Positions 8,746-17,244 of a DNA stretch of 64,000 bases are shown here, one piece after another; position 1 is the first letter of the stretch; the number at the start of each line of letters is the position of its first letter. The stretch comes from Candidatus Uhrbacteria bacterium (GTDB lineage: Bacteria > Patescibacteriota > Patescibacteriia > UBA9934 > GWF2-40-263), in assembly GCA_016188495.1 (NCBI GenBank), contig JACPHU010000028.1:38325-102324 (forward strand), given 5' to 3'. The notes under the pieces are model-generated. The model had not been told where the DNA came from. It saw only the letters and a program-made list of their open reading frames with translations, and made no database searches. The translations under genes were made by a program, and so were the position numbers.

Positions 8746-9318
8746 ATGAAACGCCCTGCTGTTTTTCAACAAATTCAAAAAAGTTATCAAACGCACAGTA
8801 AAGCTCGCCGAGAGACAATGGTTCATTCAAATGAGGCGTTGAGTAAATCAAAACGAGCCATCTTCGCTCTTCATCGAAATGATTTTACGCAGGCGCGTCA
8901 GTGCCTGAGTGAGGCTCAAGCCTTATTCAAATCGTGTGAAGCTTCCTTTCGTTCTTTTCCTGAATTAAGAGAGGAGGGAACCTACCGTGCAGGCCTGGAA
9001 GAATATGCAGAAGCCTGTCTTTTCGAGAATTATCTTCAGAAAGGATCTCTGGGAAAAATCGATGCGCGTGCCATGACGCCTTCTATTTATTTTGCGGGCT
9101 TGTGTGATGCCACAGGAGAGATGGTTCGCTATGCCGTGCGCCAGGTTACACTGGGTCACCCAGAGGTTGTCAGCCAAATTCATGAAACCGTGAGCATGGT
9201 GATCGAGTTTCTTTTGGATTTGGATTTGACGGGGTATCTGCGAACAAAATTCGATCAAGCCAAAAAGAACCTCAGTCGATTGGAAGAGATGTCCTATGAT
9301 TTGGCTATTCGTAGATAA
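8746..9318 (+). CDS. Hypothetical protein, possibly translin-like
   Basis: 190 aa, all-helical. YFAGLCDATGEMVRYAV resembles the translin-family D..GE..R motif and EEYAEACLFENYL resembles the EY.EA region. Weak, from-memory similarity only. Confidence 0.3.
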   Translation: MKRPAVFQQIQKSYQTHSKARRETMVHSNEALSKSKRAIFALHRNDFTQARQCLSEAQALFKSCEASFRSFPELREEGTYRAGLEEYAEACLFENYLQKGSLGKIDARAMTPSIYFAGLCDATGEMVRYAVRQVTLGHPEVVSQIHETVSMVIEFLLDLDLTGYLRTKFDQAKKNLSRLEEMSYDLAIRR

Positions 9319-9323
9319 CCTCT

Positions 9324-9992
9324 ATGCACGCTCACGATCAGAATTATCCGTGGATCTTTCATCGCGATGAAATCGATTTGTTAGAAGATGAGTTGGAAGA
9401 TCTGTATGAAACCTATGGTCGCGACACAGGATCCTCCAAGACGTTTGAGTCAGCGATCTTGTCTGAACAAATGGAAACAGAGGAACGGTCAGAGGCTCAG
9501 TTATCCCGTCGATTAGGCTTTGATTTTTTTCAAAAAATTTCGGAATCTTCCCCTTTTTCTTTTTCAGAAGAATCTCAACATCCTAAAGAAGATCCCCATC
9601 AACAAACCGAGTTCATTCGAAGTCATCCTCTGTATCAAAAAGCCAAGATCTGGGCGGCGTCCTTGCGCAGTGTGACCAAACAAAAGTATCAGGAGCGCGG
9701 TCCCTATGCGAGCGAATATTTTCGCATTTACGCAAATCTGAACTTGATTCCGTTAAAAATTTTTACGGCCTTAAGCGAGGAGCTCCATGAAGACCGGGTT
9801 GGATTTGAAGTGGCAAAAGAGGCGTATGAGTTGGGTCTCATCTATCTTGATCGTGTTCGCGAGTCTTTGGGGTTGGTGGGTTTTGGCGCAGAAGAAGGAG
9901 AATGGTTTGAGGAGCGTTTAAAAGAGACGTATCAGATGCAACACCTCATTGCATCGGAGTTAAATGAGCTAAAGCGTCGAAGAGGTCTCTAA
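9324..9992 (+). CDS. Hypothetical acidic protein
   Basis: 222-aa ORF immediately downstream of the previous gene; no recognisable motif. Confidence 0.4.
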   Translation: MHAHDQNYPWIFHRDEIDLLEDELEDLYETYGRDTGSSKTFESAILSEQMETEERSEAQLSRRLGFDFFQKISESSPFSFSEESQHPKEDPHQQTEFIRSHPLYQKAKIWAASLRSVTKQKYQERGPYASEYFRIYANLNLIPLKIFTALSEELHEDRVGFEVAKEAYELGLIYLDRVRESLGLVGFGAEEGEWFEERLKETYQMQHLIASELNELKRRRGL

Positions 9993-10047
9993 AAAAAATA
10001 GGTGTGTTACAATAAAATCAAGTTTATTTATAGATAATGGAAACGCT

Positions 10048-11529
10048 ATGCCACTAGATCTCTCCTCTATTCAAACGTTTCAGGATGCGACCGTCACTGT
10101 CATGGGATTGGGACGCTACAAAAAGGGAAGCGGTATTGGCGCGGCTAAGTGGCTCATGCGTCACGGAGCCCAGATCGTCATTACGGATTTAAAAGACGAA
10201 AATGAACTCCGCGAATCTATCGATGAGATCATGTATTGGTATACGCAGTATCGCCAGATGGATAAAAGCCATGATATCTATCAGCCGATCTTTGTTTTAG
10301 GTAAACATGATGCTGACAACTTTACGAATGTCGATTTAGTCCTCCAAAATCCTGGGGTACCCCGTGAATCAGAATTTGTTCAGCTTGCCAAAAACCAAGG
10401 TATTCGCGTCGAGTCCGATATCTCTTTATTTTTCCGTTACTGTCCCTTTCCCATTTTCTCCATTACAGGAACTCGTGGAAAATCAACGACCACCGCATTG
10501 CTTGGAGAAATGTTGAAGCACAAACATCCAAAAACCGTTGTGGCAGGAAATATCACTCGTTCTCCGTTGGAAGATTTAGATTGGTTGTTAGAAGAACGTG
10601 AACCGGTTCCTATTGTCCTTGAATTGTCTTCCTGGCTTTTGGAGTCTTTGGAAGGGTTAAAGCTTGGTCCTCAGATTGCTTTGCTCACCAATGCTTACAA
10701 AGATCATCTCGACCGTTATCCCTCCTTTGAGGCGTATGTGGCTGCCAAAGAGCTTATTTTCCAGGAACAAAACCAGGACCAGGCGGCAATTCTCAATGCC
10801 GATCAGGAAATCATGCATGAAATCGCCTCACGTATTCCTTCAAAGCATCTTTATTGGTTTTCAAACGCGTTTTTACCAGAAGGTGCGCAAGGCGTGTATA
10901 CACAACAGGATTCATTGGTCCGACGCATGCAAGGACAAGAAACTGTTTTTGCTCACGTGCACGATTTAAAATTAGGAGGAGATCATAATGTGATGAATGC
11001 GTTGTCCGCCTCCCTTGCCGCTCATCTGGCAGGAGTCTCAGATCAGGATATACATGAAACACTGAAAACATTTGCAGGTCTTCCTGGACGCCAAGAGATT
11101 TTGGGCGAACTCGAAGGCGTGTTATTTGTAAACGATACAACTGCCACCTCTCCTGAAGGCGTTATGGCGGCTTTGGCACGATTTGGAAGAGGAGGAAACG
11201 TCATCTTGCTTTGTGGCGGAAGCTCTAAAGGTCTTTCTTTTACCGAATTGGGAAAGATGATTGGGGAACAATGTAAGTTCGTTGTGGTGTTTGAGGGAAC
11301 GGCCGCAGCAGATATGGAAGAAGCCATTGGGGACAGTGCTCCCTCTGCGCGCGCGAATTCAATGGAAGAAGCCGTGGGTCTTGCTTATAAGAATGCAAAA
11401 TTAGGCGATGTCGTCTTGTTGTCACCTGGAACCTCCAGCTTCGGTATTTTTAAAAACGAATTTGACCGAGGAGATCAGTTTAAAGCCCAGTTTCAGAAGT
11501 TGGGAGGGGAGATTGTAGTAACAGAGTGA
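10048..11529 (+). CDS. murD: UDP-N-acetylmuramoylalanine--D-glutamate ligase
   Basis: N-terminal VTVMGLGRYKKGSGIGAAKWL...VITD Rossmann region, Mur-ligase P-loop ITGTRGKSTTTALLGEML, and a C-terminal domain of MurD length (493 aa). Confidence 0.85.
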   Translation: MPLDLSSIQTFQDATVTVMGLGRYKKGSGIGAAKWLMRHGAQIVITDLKDENELRESIDEIMYWYTQYRQMDKSHDIYQPIFVLGKHDADNFTNVDLVLQNPGVPRESEFVQLAKNQGIRVESDISLFFRYCPFPIFSITGTRGKSTTTALLGEMLKHKHPKTVVAGNITRSPLEDLDWLLEEREPVPIVLELSSWLLESLEGLKLGPQIALLTNAYKDHLDRYPSFEAYVAAKELIFQEQNQDQAAILNADQEIMHEIASRIPSKHLYWFSNAFLPEGAQGVYTQQDSLVRRMQGQETVFAHVHDLKLGGDHNVMNALSASLAAHLAGVSDQDIHETLKTFAGLPGRQEILGELEGVLFVNDTTATSPEGVMAALARFGRGGNVILLCGGSSKGLSFTELGKMIGEQCKFVVVFEGTAAADMEEAIGDSAPSARANSMEEAVGLAYKNAKLGDVVLLSPGTSSFGIFKNEFDRGDQFKAQFQKLGGEIVVTE

Positions 11530-11542
11530 TTGATCCTTCTCT

Positions 11543-11588
11543 AATATTCCCTGAGCGGAGGTTTGTTCGACAAACCGGAGTCGAAGGG
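11543..11588 (+). repeat. R1 intergenic motif, copy I (AATATTCCCTGAGCGGAGG-hairpin-GGAGTCGAAGGG)
   Basis: Shares AATATTCCCTGAGCG and GTCGAAGGG with copies at 15573, 17102, 18878 and 20644. The internal hairpin GGTTTG-TTCGA-CAAACC differs from the other copies but preserves pairing. Confidence 0.5.
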
Positions 11589-11604
11589 TTATGTGATTTG
11601 AAAC

Positions 11605-11640
11605 AAAAAATAGCCTTTTGTGAGGCTATTTTTTGTTTTT
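11605..11640 (+). terminator. Rho-independent terminator downstream of murD and R1 copy I
   Basis: AATAGCCT-TTTGTG-AGGCTATT followed by TTTTGTTTTT. Confidence 0.6.
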
Positions 11641-11655
11641 GGTATGCCATCCATA

Positions 11656-11684
11656 TTGACAAAATGTCAAAAAAAGAGTAGTTT
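11656..11684 (+). promoter_or_regulatory. Putative promoter with a TTGACA-AAA-TGTCAA inverted repeat
   Basis: TTGACA at 11656, a 17-nt spacer, then TAGTTT. The -35 hexamer lies in the inverted repeat TTGACAAAATGTCAA, the mirror of the one at 605-619. Confidence 0.3.
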
Positions 11685-11737
11685 CTTTAGTCGACTTAGA
11701 TGTTCTCAATGTAACGGATTTAAAAGAAGGAGAAAAC

Positions 11738-12562
11738 GTGGAAGAGATCATTTTTGGACTTACAAAATGGATTCCTATAAGTTTTTATAACGTTCTTTTT
11801 TTCACCGTATTCTTTTTTGGACAGGGTCGACGAATAAAGTTTGTTCTAGTTACCTTGGCGTTTGCTGGTTCAGCAGTCTATGCCATGAAGTTCGGTTATT
11901 ATCTTGGGCATGGAAATAAGCTGCTTTATCCATTCGTGATAGAACAGGAGCCAAAGTTAGTCCTCTATATCATCACGTTCTTCTTTTGGGGAATTTTGTT
12001 TGTGACCCAACTCAACTATCGTCAACCCTCTAAACCTCAAAAGGTTTTTTCCTTTGATGCAGAAACCAATGGCTTGTGGGGTCAGCCCTTTGCCATCGGT
12101 GCCATTATCTACAATGAGGAGGGGGTTGAGACTGCTCGATTTGTCGGCCGGTGTCCCATTGTGGGAGAGGTTGACCGTTGGGTGGAGGAGAATGTCCTTC
12201 CTCAGATCATCGATATTTCTGAATCTTACGAGAACTATGAGGCACTTCTTGTGGATTTTGCCCAGTTTTACTTAACCCATCAGAAAGATGATGTGGATGT
12301 GCTGGTCCATATGGGCTACGTGATCGAAGCTCGGATTTTCCGTGACATGCACGATCGCGGCCTTATCGGGGATTGGCAGGCTCCTTATCCCTTGCATGAC
12401 GTGAGTGGAAATCTTCAGGCAGCTGGGGAGGATCCAACGTCTGTAGGGAAATATCTTGCTAAGAAGCGGCTCAACGCAGGTTCTTTTGCTGGAGGGTTCC
12501 ACAATCCGCTGTATGACTGTGCCGCTGCCGCTGTCGCGTATCGCCATCTTCAGGGATGGTAA
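11738..12562 (+). CDS. DEDDh-family 3'-5' exonuclease (DnaQ-like) with N-terminal transmembrane segments
   Basis: GTG start after AAGGAG. The N-terminal ~95 aa are hydrophobic. Exo I motif FSFDAETNGLWG and Exo III motif HNPLYDCAAAAVAY (H-x4-D) are present. Confidence 0.6.
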   Translation: MEEIIFGLTKWIPISFYNVLFFTVFFFGQGRRIKFVLVTLAFAGSAVYAMKFGYYLGHGNKLLYPFVIEQEPKLVLYIITFFFWGILFVTQLNYRQPSKPQKVFSFDAETNGLWGQPFAIGAIIYNEEGVETARFVGRCPIVGEVDRWVEENVLPQIIDISESYENYEALLVDFAQFYLTHQKDDVDVLVHMGYVIEARIFRDMHDRGLIGDWQAPYPLHDVSGNLQAAGEDPTSVGKYLAKKRLNAGSFAGGFHNPLYDCAAAAVAYRHLQGW

Positions 12563-12688
12563 TCAATATTACGTTTAAACCAATGAGTTCTTAAAAGGGA
12601 TTCGTTGGTTTTTTGTTTATCTGTAGTGGATAGCAGATTTATTTGAGAGAAAATGGCTTAAAATAAGCTTATTTTTTGTTTTATTCTA

Positions 12689-12717
12689 TTGACAAAATGC
12701 CTAAAATATGGTATATT
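12689..12717 (+). promoter_or_regulatory. Putative sigma70-like promoter
   Basis: TTGACA at 12689-12694, a 17-nt spacer, then TATATT at 12712-12717. Confidence 0.4.
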
Positions 12718-12858
12718 TTCTGTACATTTTTGGGAGAGAGACGTGATCGCCACACGACCCGCCACAAGGCAAAAGGCGAAGAAATCGGTGTTTTGGATAC
12801 ACTCTCTTGCCGAGAATTGTCTAGAATATCGGTTTTTGTTTTGTTCTTAAAAATTTTG

Positions 12859-13239
12859 ATGAGAAAGGATTGGCCATGTCGAAGGTTTTTCTTTTCGGTG
12901 ACTTCGGGAATGAAGGATGTTCTTCAGCTAGAGCAGATACTTCGGATGCGTGACATCGAGGTACAGCGAACCGAAGATCCTGGGAATGTGTCCGGGTTCT
13001 GTATTGTTTGTTTCTCTGCAGATTTCCAGAGCGGCGATTTCGCTGAGAGACTTCGAGTAAGGCAGTTGAACGGAGGAAATTTGAAACTCGTTCCTGTCGT
13101 ATTGACAGGGGGAGTTGTATCGTCGTTTCTGAAGCATCTGTTTCGGGTGGATTTGTCCGAAGGAGCCGAGAGTTCTCGTTTTGTTTCTACGGATCCGGAA
13201 CTGTTCATCCTGTCAATTACCGGCGTTCGTCGTCGGTAG
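12859..13239 (+). CDS. Hypothetical protein
   Basis: ORF in the 12676 frame; start uncertain between ATG 12859 and ATG 12910. No recognisable motif; G+C is intermediate. Confidence 0.3.
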   Translation: MRKDWPCRRFFFSVTSGMKDVLQLEQILRMRDIEVQRTEDPGNVSGFCIVCFSADFQSGDFAERLRVRQLNGGNLKLVPVVLTGGVVSSFLKHLFRVDLSEGAESSRFVSTDPELFILSITGVRRR

Positions 13240-13350
13240 AGTCTTTATCCATAAACGGGCCTCCCTGCCCATTGCCCTTGTTCCTCAGTGAAGGATTGTT
13301 CCGCGAGAGCGCAGAGGGAAGTCAGCATAGCTGGCCGAGCAGGGTGGGAA

Positions 13351-15495
13351 ATGCCAACAGATGTTGGCCATGTGCGACCGCAAGGCGCACAACCCGTGTC
13401 TCGTAGGAGAAACATGTTCCATCGTGTTGTTGTGATCGCTCCGACTCGGAGCACCTGCGTCAATATTCACACTGTTCTGTCCAACGGTTCCATTCCGCCG
13501 ACTCTCCTCGTTCGCGAGAAGGGTGTGGAACTCTCTGATGCCGTCGCTCATCTCCACGAAGGTGGATTTGGGGTGGTGGCAGGGACCGGAACCGGTAAGA
13601 CAGTCGCAATCAGAAAGATCTGCTCGGACGTTCTGGGAACGGAGCTGCTCATTGACGTGGTGACACGTGAACATGAAGCCACGGAAAAAACGTGGCGTTG
13701 CAATGTTCTCGTCGTTACTCCCGGCGTGGCCCTCAACTGGCTCAAGGCTGGTCGAATCACGGCTGAGGACTTGATCGTTATCGACGAGATCCACCAGACC
13801 TCCGAGCACCTGGAGCTGTCCATGGCTCTGGGGAAGCTCGAGAAGGAAGGGGCGAAGACTGGTTGCACTTTCGTCTGGATGTCGGCGACCATCGACCCCG
13901 CGACCTATCGGGGGTACCTCAACGCCAGGACGGTGATCTCCTGTGATGCCTTCGATCCAAGTCGTAGGGCAAAGGTCGAAGTACTGTATGCGGGTGTTCA
14001 AGAGTATCTCGAAGGGGAACTCAAGAACATCCAACAGGAACAGCGGTCGGTGGCGGTGTTCGTACCGACTCGTGCCCTCGCGGAGAAACTATCTCGCGAA
14101 CTAGGAGGACGGGGAGTTCATACGGACTTCTATCACGGAGGCGAGTCCGCCGAGAAGCTCCGCCCATTCCTGACCGGCAATGTACCGCGGCCGTTCATGG
14201 TATTCATGACGATCGCGGGCGCATCGAGCCTCAACATTCTCGGACTGGACACTGTTGTCATCGTTGACCAATGGTTTACCGAAGTAATTCGGGATGGAGG
14301 AAGGAAATCTCTCGAGAAGCTCTATCTCGGAGATAACGAACTTCTCCAGATGGGAGGGCGAGTAAATGGTCGAGCCGTCAACGGCAAGATCGTGATCCTC
14401 TCCAATCGTCAGGTGGACTTCCACAGTCTCAAGCCCGTGGCCCCCCAGTTCGTTCTTGGAGGAGATCTCGAGAATACGGCACTGATCTGTGCCCGTCTGG
14501 GGATCGATGCTCGTAATCTCGACCTGATCGGAAAGATCGATCATAAGGCGTATGCCCGCGTGGTCGAACGGTTCCGTCAGCGAGGATTGCTGGTCGTCAA
14601 CGGTGAGATCCATCTCACGGCTCTGGGTGAACATGTCGAAAAGCTGCCTGTCGAGCCTCATTGGGGGGAGATGTTGGTGGCGGCTGAGGACGTCGGGGAT
14701 CGTAAACTCTTCAATCTGATTACGGTTGTTGCCTCCTGTGGACAGCTGTACCAGATGCACCGGAAGGAATGGAATCGATTCTCCGGTGTGTGCGTGAGGG
14801 GGTCCGACCACCTCACGGCCTACAATATCGTGGTTCAGGCTTTGAACCAGTTCGGGTCTATCCGACAAAGCCGTGAAGGTCGTGAAAGCGAGTACACCCT
14901 TCGTGGGGACTGGTATCGAGGCCCTGATAACAAGGGGGAGTTCGCAGAGTGGTGTGACAAGAACGGGTTCGTCGGTAAGGAGATCAAGAACGTTCTCCTG
15001 TCTATGAAATCCATTTTTCGCACGCTCCAGATGCCTCTCCCCAAACCTGAGGAGTTCGAGGTTGTGACACTGGACTCAGAGGCTCACAAGTCCTTTGTCG
15101 GTCTTCTGGCAAAAGTCCAGTCTCTCGAGTTCGTCCGTGGAGAACAGAACTCTTTTGCTGGCACCGTTTGGGCCACGCAGGGAGGTATGTCCTCGACTTC
15201 GCAGACTCTCGGTTCCATTCGGTTCTGGAAGGATAAGAGGGGGTATCTGCGTGCCAGTATGGAAGGGACGGAAATCCCAACCGACCTGGTGCAGAAGCAC
15301 TCTTTCAAAACTCCAGAGAATCTGAAGGGAATGATCCAGGACGGAGATCGTTTCCAGATTAGTTACTCCGCGACCTTTGCGGGGGAGAAGATCAATCCGA
15401 TCGAGCGGGAGCTTGATCCGGATGACGTCCCAGAAGCCTGGCAGAGCGAGCTTCCGAGTCACTTCGCCTCCTGGCTGGCGAGCCAGATGGTTTGA
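13351..15495 (+). CDS. DEAH/RHA-family ATP-dependent helicase (HrpA/HrpB-like)
   Basis: Motif I AGTGTGKT, motif II VIDEIH, SAT motif MSATIDP, motif VI QMGGRVNGRA, and an HA2-like region LTALGEHVEKLPVEPHWGEMLVAAE followed by a C-terminal OB-like region. Start at the ATG at 13351 preceded by GGGTGGGAA; the GTG at 13288 and ATG at 13414 are alternatives. The sequence is G+C-rich. Confidence 0.75.
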   Translation: MPTDVGHVRPQGAQPVSRRRNMFHRVVVIAPTRSTCVNIHTVLSNGSIPPTLLVREKGVELSDAVAHLHEGGFGVVAGTGTGKTVAIRKICSDVLGTELLIDVVTREHEATEKTWRCNVLVVTPGVALNWLKAGRITAEDLIVIDEIHQTSEHLELSMALGKLEKEGAKTGCTFVWMSATIDPATYRGYLNARTVISCDAFDPSRRAKVEVLYAGVQEYLEGELKNIQQEQRSVAVFVPTRALAEKLSRELGGRGVHTDFYHGGESAEKLRPFLTGNVPRPFMVFMTIAGASSLNILGLDTVVIVDQWFTEVIRDGGRKSLEKLYLGDNELLQMGGRVNGRAVNGKIVILSNRQVDFHSLKPVAPQFVLGGDLENTALICARLGIDARNLDLIGKIDHKAYARVVERFRQRGLLVVNGEIHLTALGEHVEKLPVEPHWGEMLVAAEDVGDRKLFNLITVVASCGQLYQMHRKEWNRFSGVCVRGSDHLTAYNIVVQALNQFGSIRQSREGRESEYTLRGDWYRGPDNKGEFAEWCDKNGFVGKEIKNVLLSMKSIFRTLQMPLPKPEEFEVVTLDSEAHKSFVGLLAKVQSLEFVRGEQNSFAGTVWATQGGMSSTSQTLGSIRFWKDKRGYLRASMEGTEIPTDLVQKHSFKTPENLKGMIQDGDRFQISYSATFAGEKINPIERELDPDDVPEAWQSELPSHFASWLASQMV

Positions 15496-15572
15496 CCCAT
15501 ACGGAGATCTGAGGACTCCTAAACAATTCCTCATCAAACGTTCCCAAGCTGCACACGCAAGCGGCTTGGGAT

Positions 15573-15670
15573 TTCAACTGGAAGACTGATTCGATCGGTC
15601 TCCTGAGAAGTCAAAACCTCGAATATTCCCTGAGCGAGGAGTTCTCGACGAGTCGAAGGGGAAATATTCG
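15573..15670 (+). repeat. R1 intergenic element, copy II (extended form)
   Basis: TTCAACTGGAAGACTGA...TCTCCTGAGAAG...GAATATTCCCTGAGCGAGGAG...GTCGAAGGGGAAATATTCG aligns over ~100 nt with copy III. It lies 45 nt upstream of the 15718 ATG. Confidence 0.55.
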
Positions 15671-15717
15671 TCAATGTTCTTTAAAACAATCCGTGAAAGC
15701 GGAAGAAGGAGAAAGAA

Positions 15718-16473
15718 ATGGTTGAGATTCAAACGATTCTTTCTGTAGAGATGGATGAGTGTGTGGAAACAGGAATGTCTTTCAAGGCTCTTCGAGGAAT
15801 TATCCGTGAATATACCGGTGAAGAATTGCCGGTGTGTCCGGATGTTCAAGATCCAGTCTATTTCTATCATGAGGAGACGGGCAATCCTATGCTCCTCACT
15901 GAGGATCTTAATTGTGGAGAGATCCGTGGAGAGCAGAAACGAGGGGTTCAGATCGGAAGTTTGCTCCTCGTTATTTCAGAAGAGAATGGGTGTGCGGATG
16001 AATGGACTCTTACGTCACCGATTCTCTCGTTTCTTTCCGTCTACCTCCTTCCCGACACTTCTACTTTCAACACTCCTGCGAAGGAGAAGGTTGTGACAAA
16101 GATCGACGATCTCGACCTCATCGGACAGGTTGTTCGTGAGAGGATCTGGATCGAGGAGGATCCGGACAACCAGTATTTCAGTGTTCCTCCGGAGGAGGGT
16201 GTGCAGATGTGGACCGAGGAGGAGGCGAGAGTCTTTTTCGTCTTTGGATTTCAGATCGAACTCCCTCCCGACACCCATCCCTGGGGTTTCTCGACTCAGG
16301 TGGGGGATCTGGGTCCAGATCCCATTGACGTTGACGTTGTTGTCTTTTGGGACGGTGACGGCACGGCGATCATTCGTCTGCGAAAGGAGGGGTGTGAGAA
16401 TATCACCCTCATAAACAGGGATTGTAAGAAGGATTACGGGTGGAAAAAGATAGGAGTCAACGATGATGTTTGA
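15718..16473 (+). CDS. Hypothetical acidic protein
   Basis: 251 aa, preceded by an AAGGAG RBS; G+C-rich codon usage; no recognised motif. Confidence 0.45.
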   Translation: MVEIQTILSVEMDECVETGMSFKALRGIIREYTGEELPVCPDVQDPVYFYHEETGNPMLLTEDLNCGEIRGEQKRGVQIGSLLLVISEENGCADEWTLTSPILSFLSVYLLPDTSTFNTPAKEKVVTKIDDLDLIGQVVRERIWIEEDPDNQYFSVPPEEGVQMWTEEEARVFFVFGFQIELPPDTHPWGFSTQVGDLGPDPIDVDVVVFWDGDGTAIIRLRKEGCENITLINRDCKKDYGWKKIGVNDDV

Positions 16474-16813
16474 GACTGCGCTTCAGTTCCTTATTCCCTA
16501 CATGGGATGGGGGATCGTGATCCTTGCCGTGATGATCGTGTTGGATGTGATCCTCACGATTCATCGGAGCCATGGAATGTTCGACCTGGAATGCCAGGCC
16601 GAGCGGATCAACGAGGACTTTGATGAGTTGGAAAAGACTCATGGCCTCGTCCGGTCCCGATGGAGGGGTCGCCTGAAATTGTTCCTCTACGTTTGCGCCT
16701 GGCCGATCGTGGTCGGGCGATGGCTCAAAGTGACTTATTACGGCGAGACAACGTTTGTTGAGAAGATTCTCGCCGGGGCTAAGAAAAAAATCAAAGAGAA
16801 GAAAGGGGAGTAA
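16463..16813 (+). CDS. Hypothetical membrane protein
   Basis: 116 aa with an N-terminal TM helix (WGIVILAVMIVLDVILTI); overlaps the upstream gene by 11 nt. Confidence 0.4.
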   Translation: MMFETALQFLIPYMGWGIVILAVMIVLDVILTIHRSHGMFDLECQAERINEDFDELEKTHGLVRSRWRGRLKLFLYVCAWPIVVGRWLKVTYYGETTFVEKILAGAKKKIKEKKGE

Positions 16814-17041
16814 ATGATAATGTTTTTGTTCATCCTGGTACTGCTTGGATTTTTCGACGGTTTGTCTGGATCTCAGGCAAGCTGGCTGATGATCAAGTTC
16901 GCACTGTTCTACTGGGTTGTGGAACTGGTCCTGGATATTACGATCGGAGATCGATTCAGGACTTGGTACAAAACGACCCGTTTGCATGGATTTTTAGTAG
17001 GAGTTCTGAAGAAAAATTTCGGGGATCATAGGATCCCATAA
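16814..17041 (+). CDS. Hypothetical small membrane protein
   Basis: 75 aa with two hydrophobic helices; its ATG immediately follows the upstream stop. Confidence 0.35.
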   Translation: MIMFLFILVLLGFFDGLSGSQASWLMIKFALFYWVVELVLDITIGDRFRTWYKTTRLHGFLVGVLKKNFGDHRIP

Positions 17042-17101
17042 CGGCTTTCGAGTCTGCATAGCGGCGGGCTCGGAGGTGGCGAGGGATTACACTCTCGCCG
17101 C

Positions 17102-17208
17102 TTCAATTGGAAGACTGAGAAAATCTCGGTTTCCTGAGAAGGTTAAATATCCGAATATTCCCTGAGCGGAGGCTCGTCAGACGAGCCGAAGTCGAAGGGG
17201 AGATATTC
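17102..17208 (+). repeat. R1 intergenic element, copy III (extended form)
   Basis: TTCAATTGGAAGACTGAGA...TTTCCTGAGAAG...GAATATTCCCTGAGCGGAGG-GCTCGTC-AGA-GACGAGC-CGAAGTCGAAGGGGAGATATTC. An AGGAGG RBS lies 9 nt upstream of the 17245 ATG. Confidence 0.55.
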
Positions 17209-17244
17209 ACCAACGTTCCTCAAATAATCAGGAGGTTCTCCGTG

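Noticed and set aside
12876-12953. 25-aa ORF MSKVFLFGDFGNEGCSSARADTSDA after a plausible RBS
   Set aside because: Too short, out of frame with the longer ORF through the same region, and no conservation evidence; the longer 12859..13239 frame is preferred.
13285-15537. Long antisense ORFs opposite the helicase (249 aa at 13285..14034, 255 aa at 14101..14868)
   Set aside because: High-G+C coding regions generate long antisense ORFs. Only the plus strand shows helicase motifs I, II, III and VI in order.
15573-15670. R1 motif as a hammerhead ribozyme
   Set aside because: CUGAGCG...CGAAGGG superficially recalls the CUGAUGA...GAAA core, but the required CUGANGA box directly abutting stem II and the GAAA-stem III arrangement are not present. 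I cannot assign it to hammerhead, twister, pistol or hatchet from memory.
15573-17208. R1 repeats as integron attC sites or a CRISPR array
   Set aside because: The spacing is irregular (1.5-2 kb, gene-sized) and the repeats are long, with variable internal hairpins. There is no RYYYAAC/GTTRRRY attC core, no intI gene and no cas genes.
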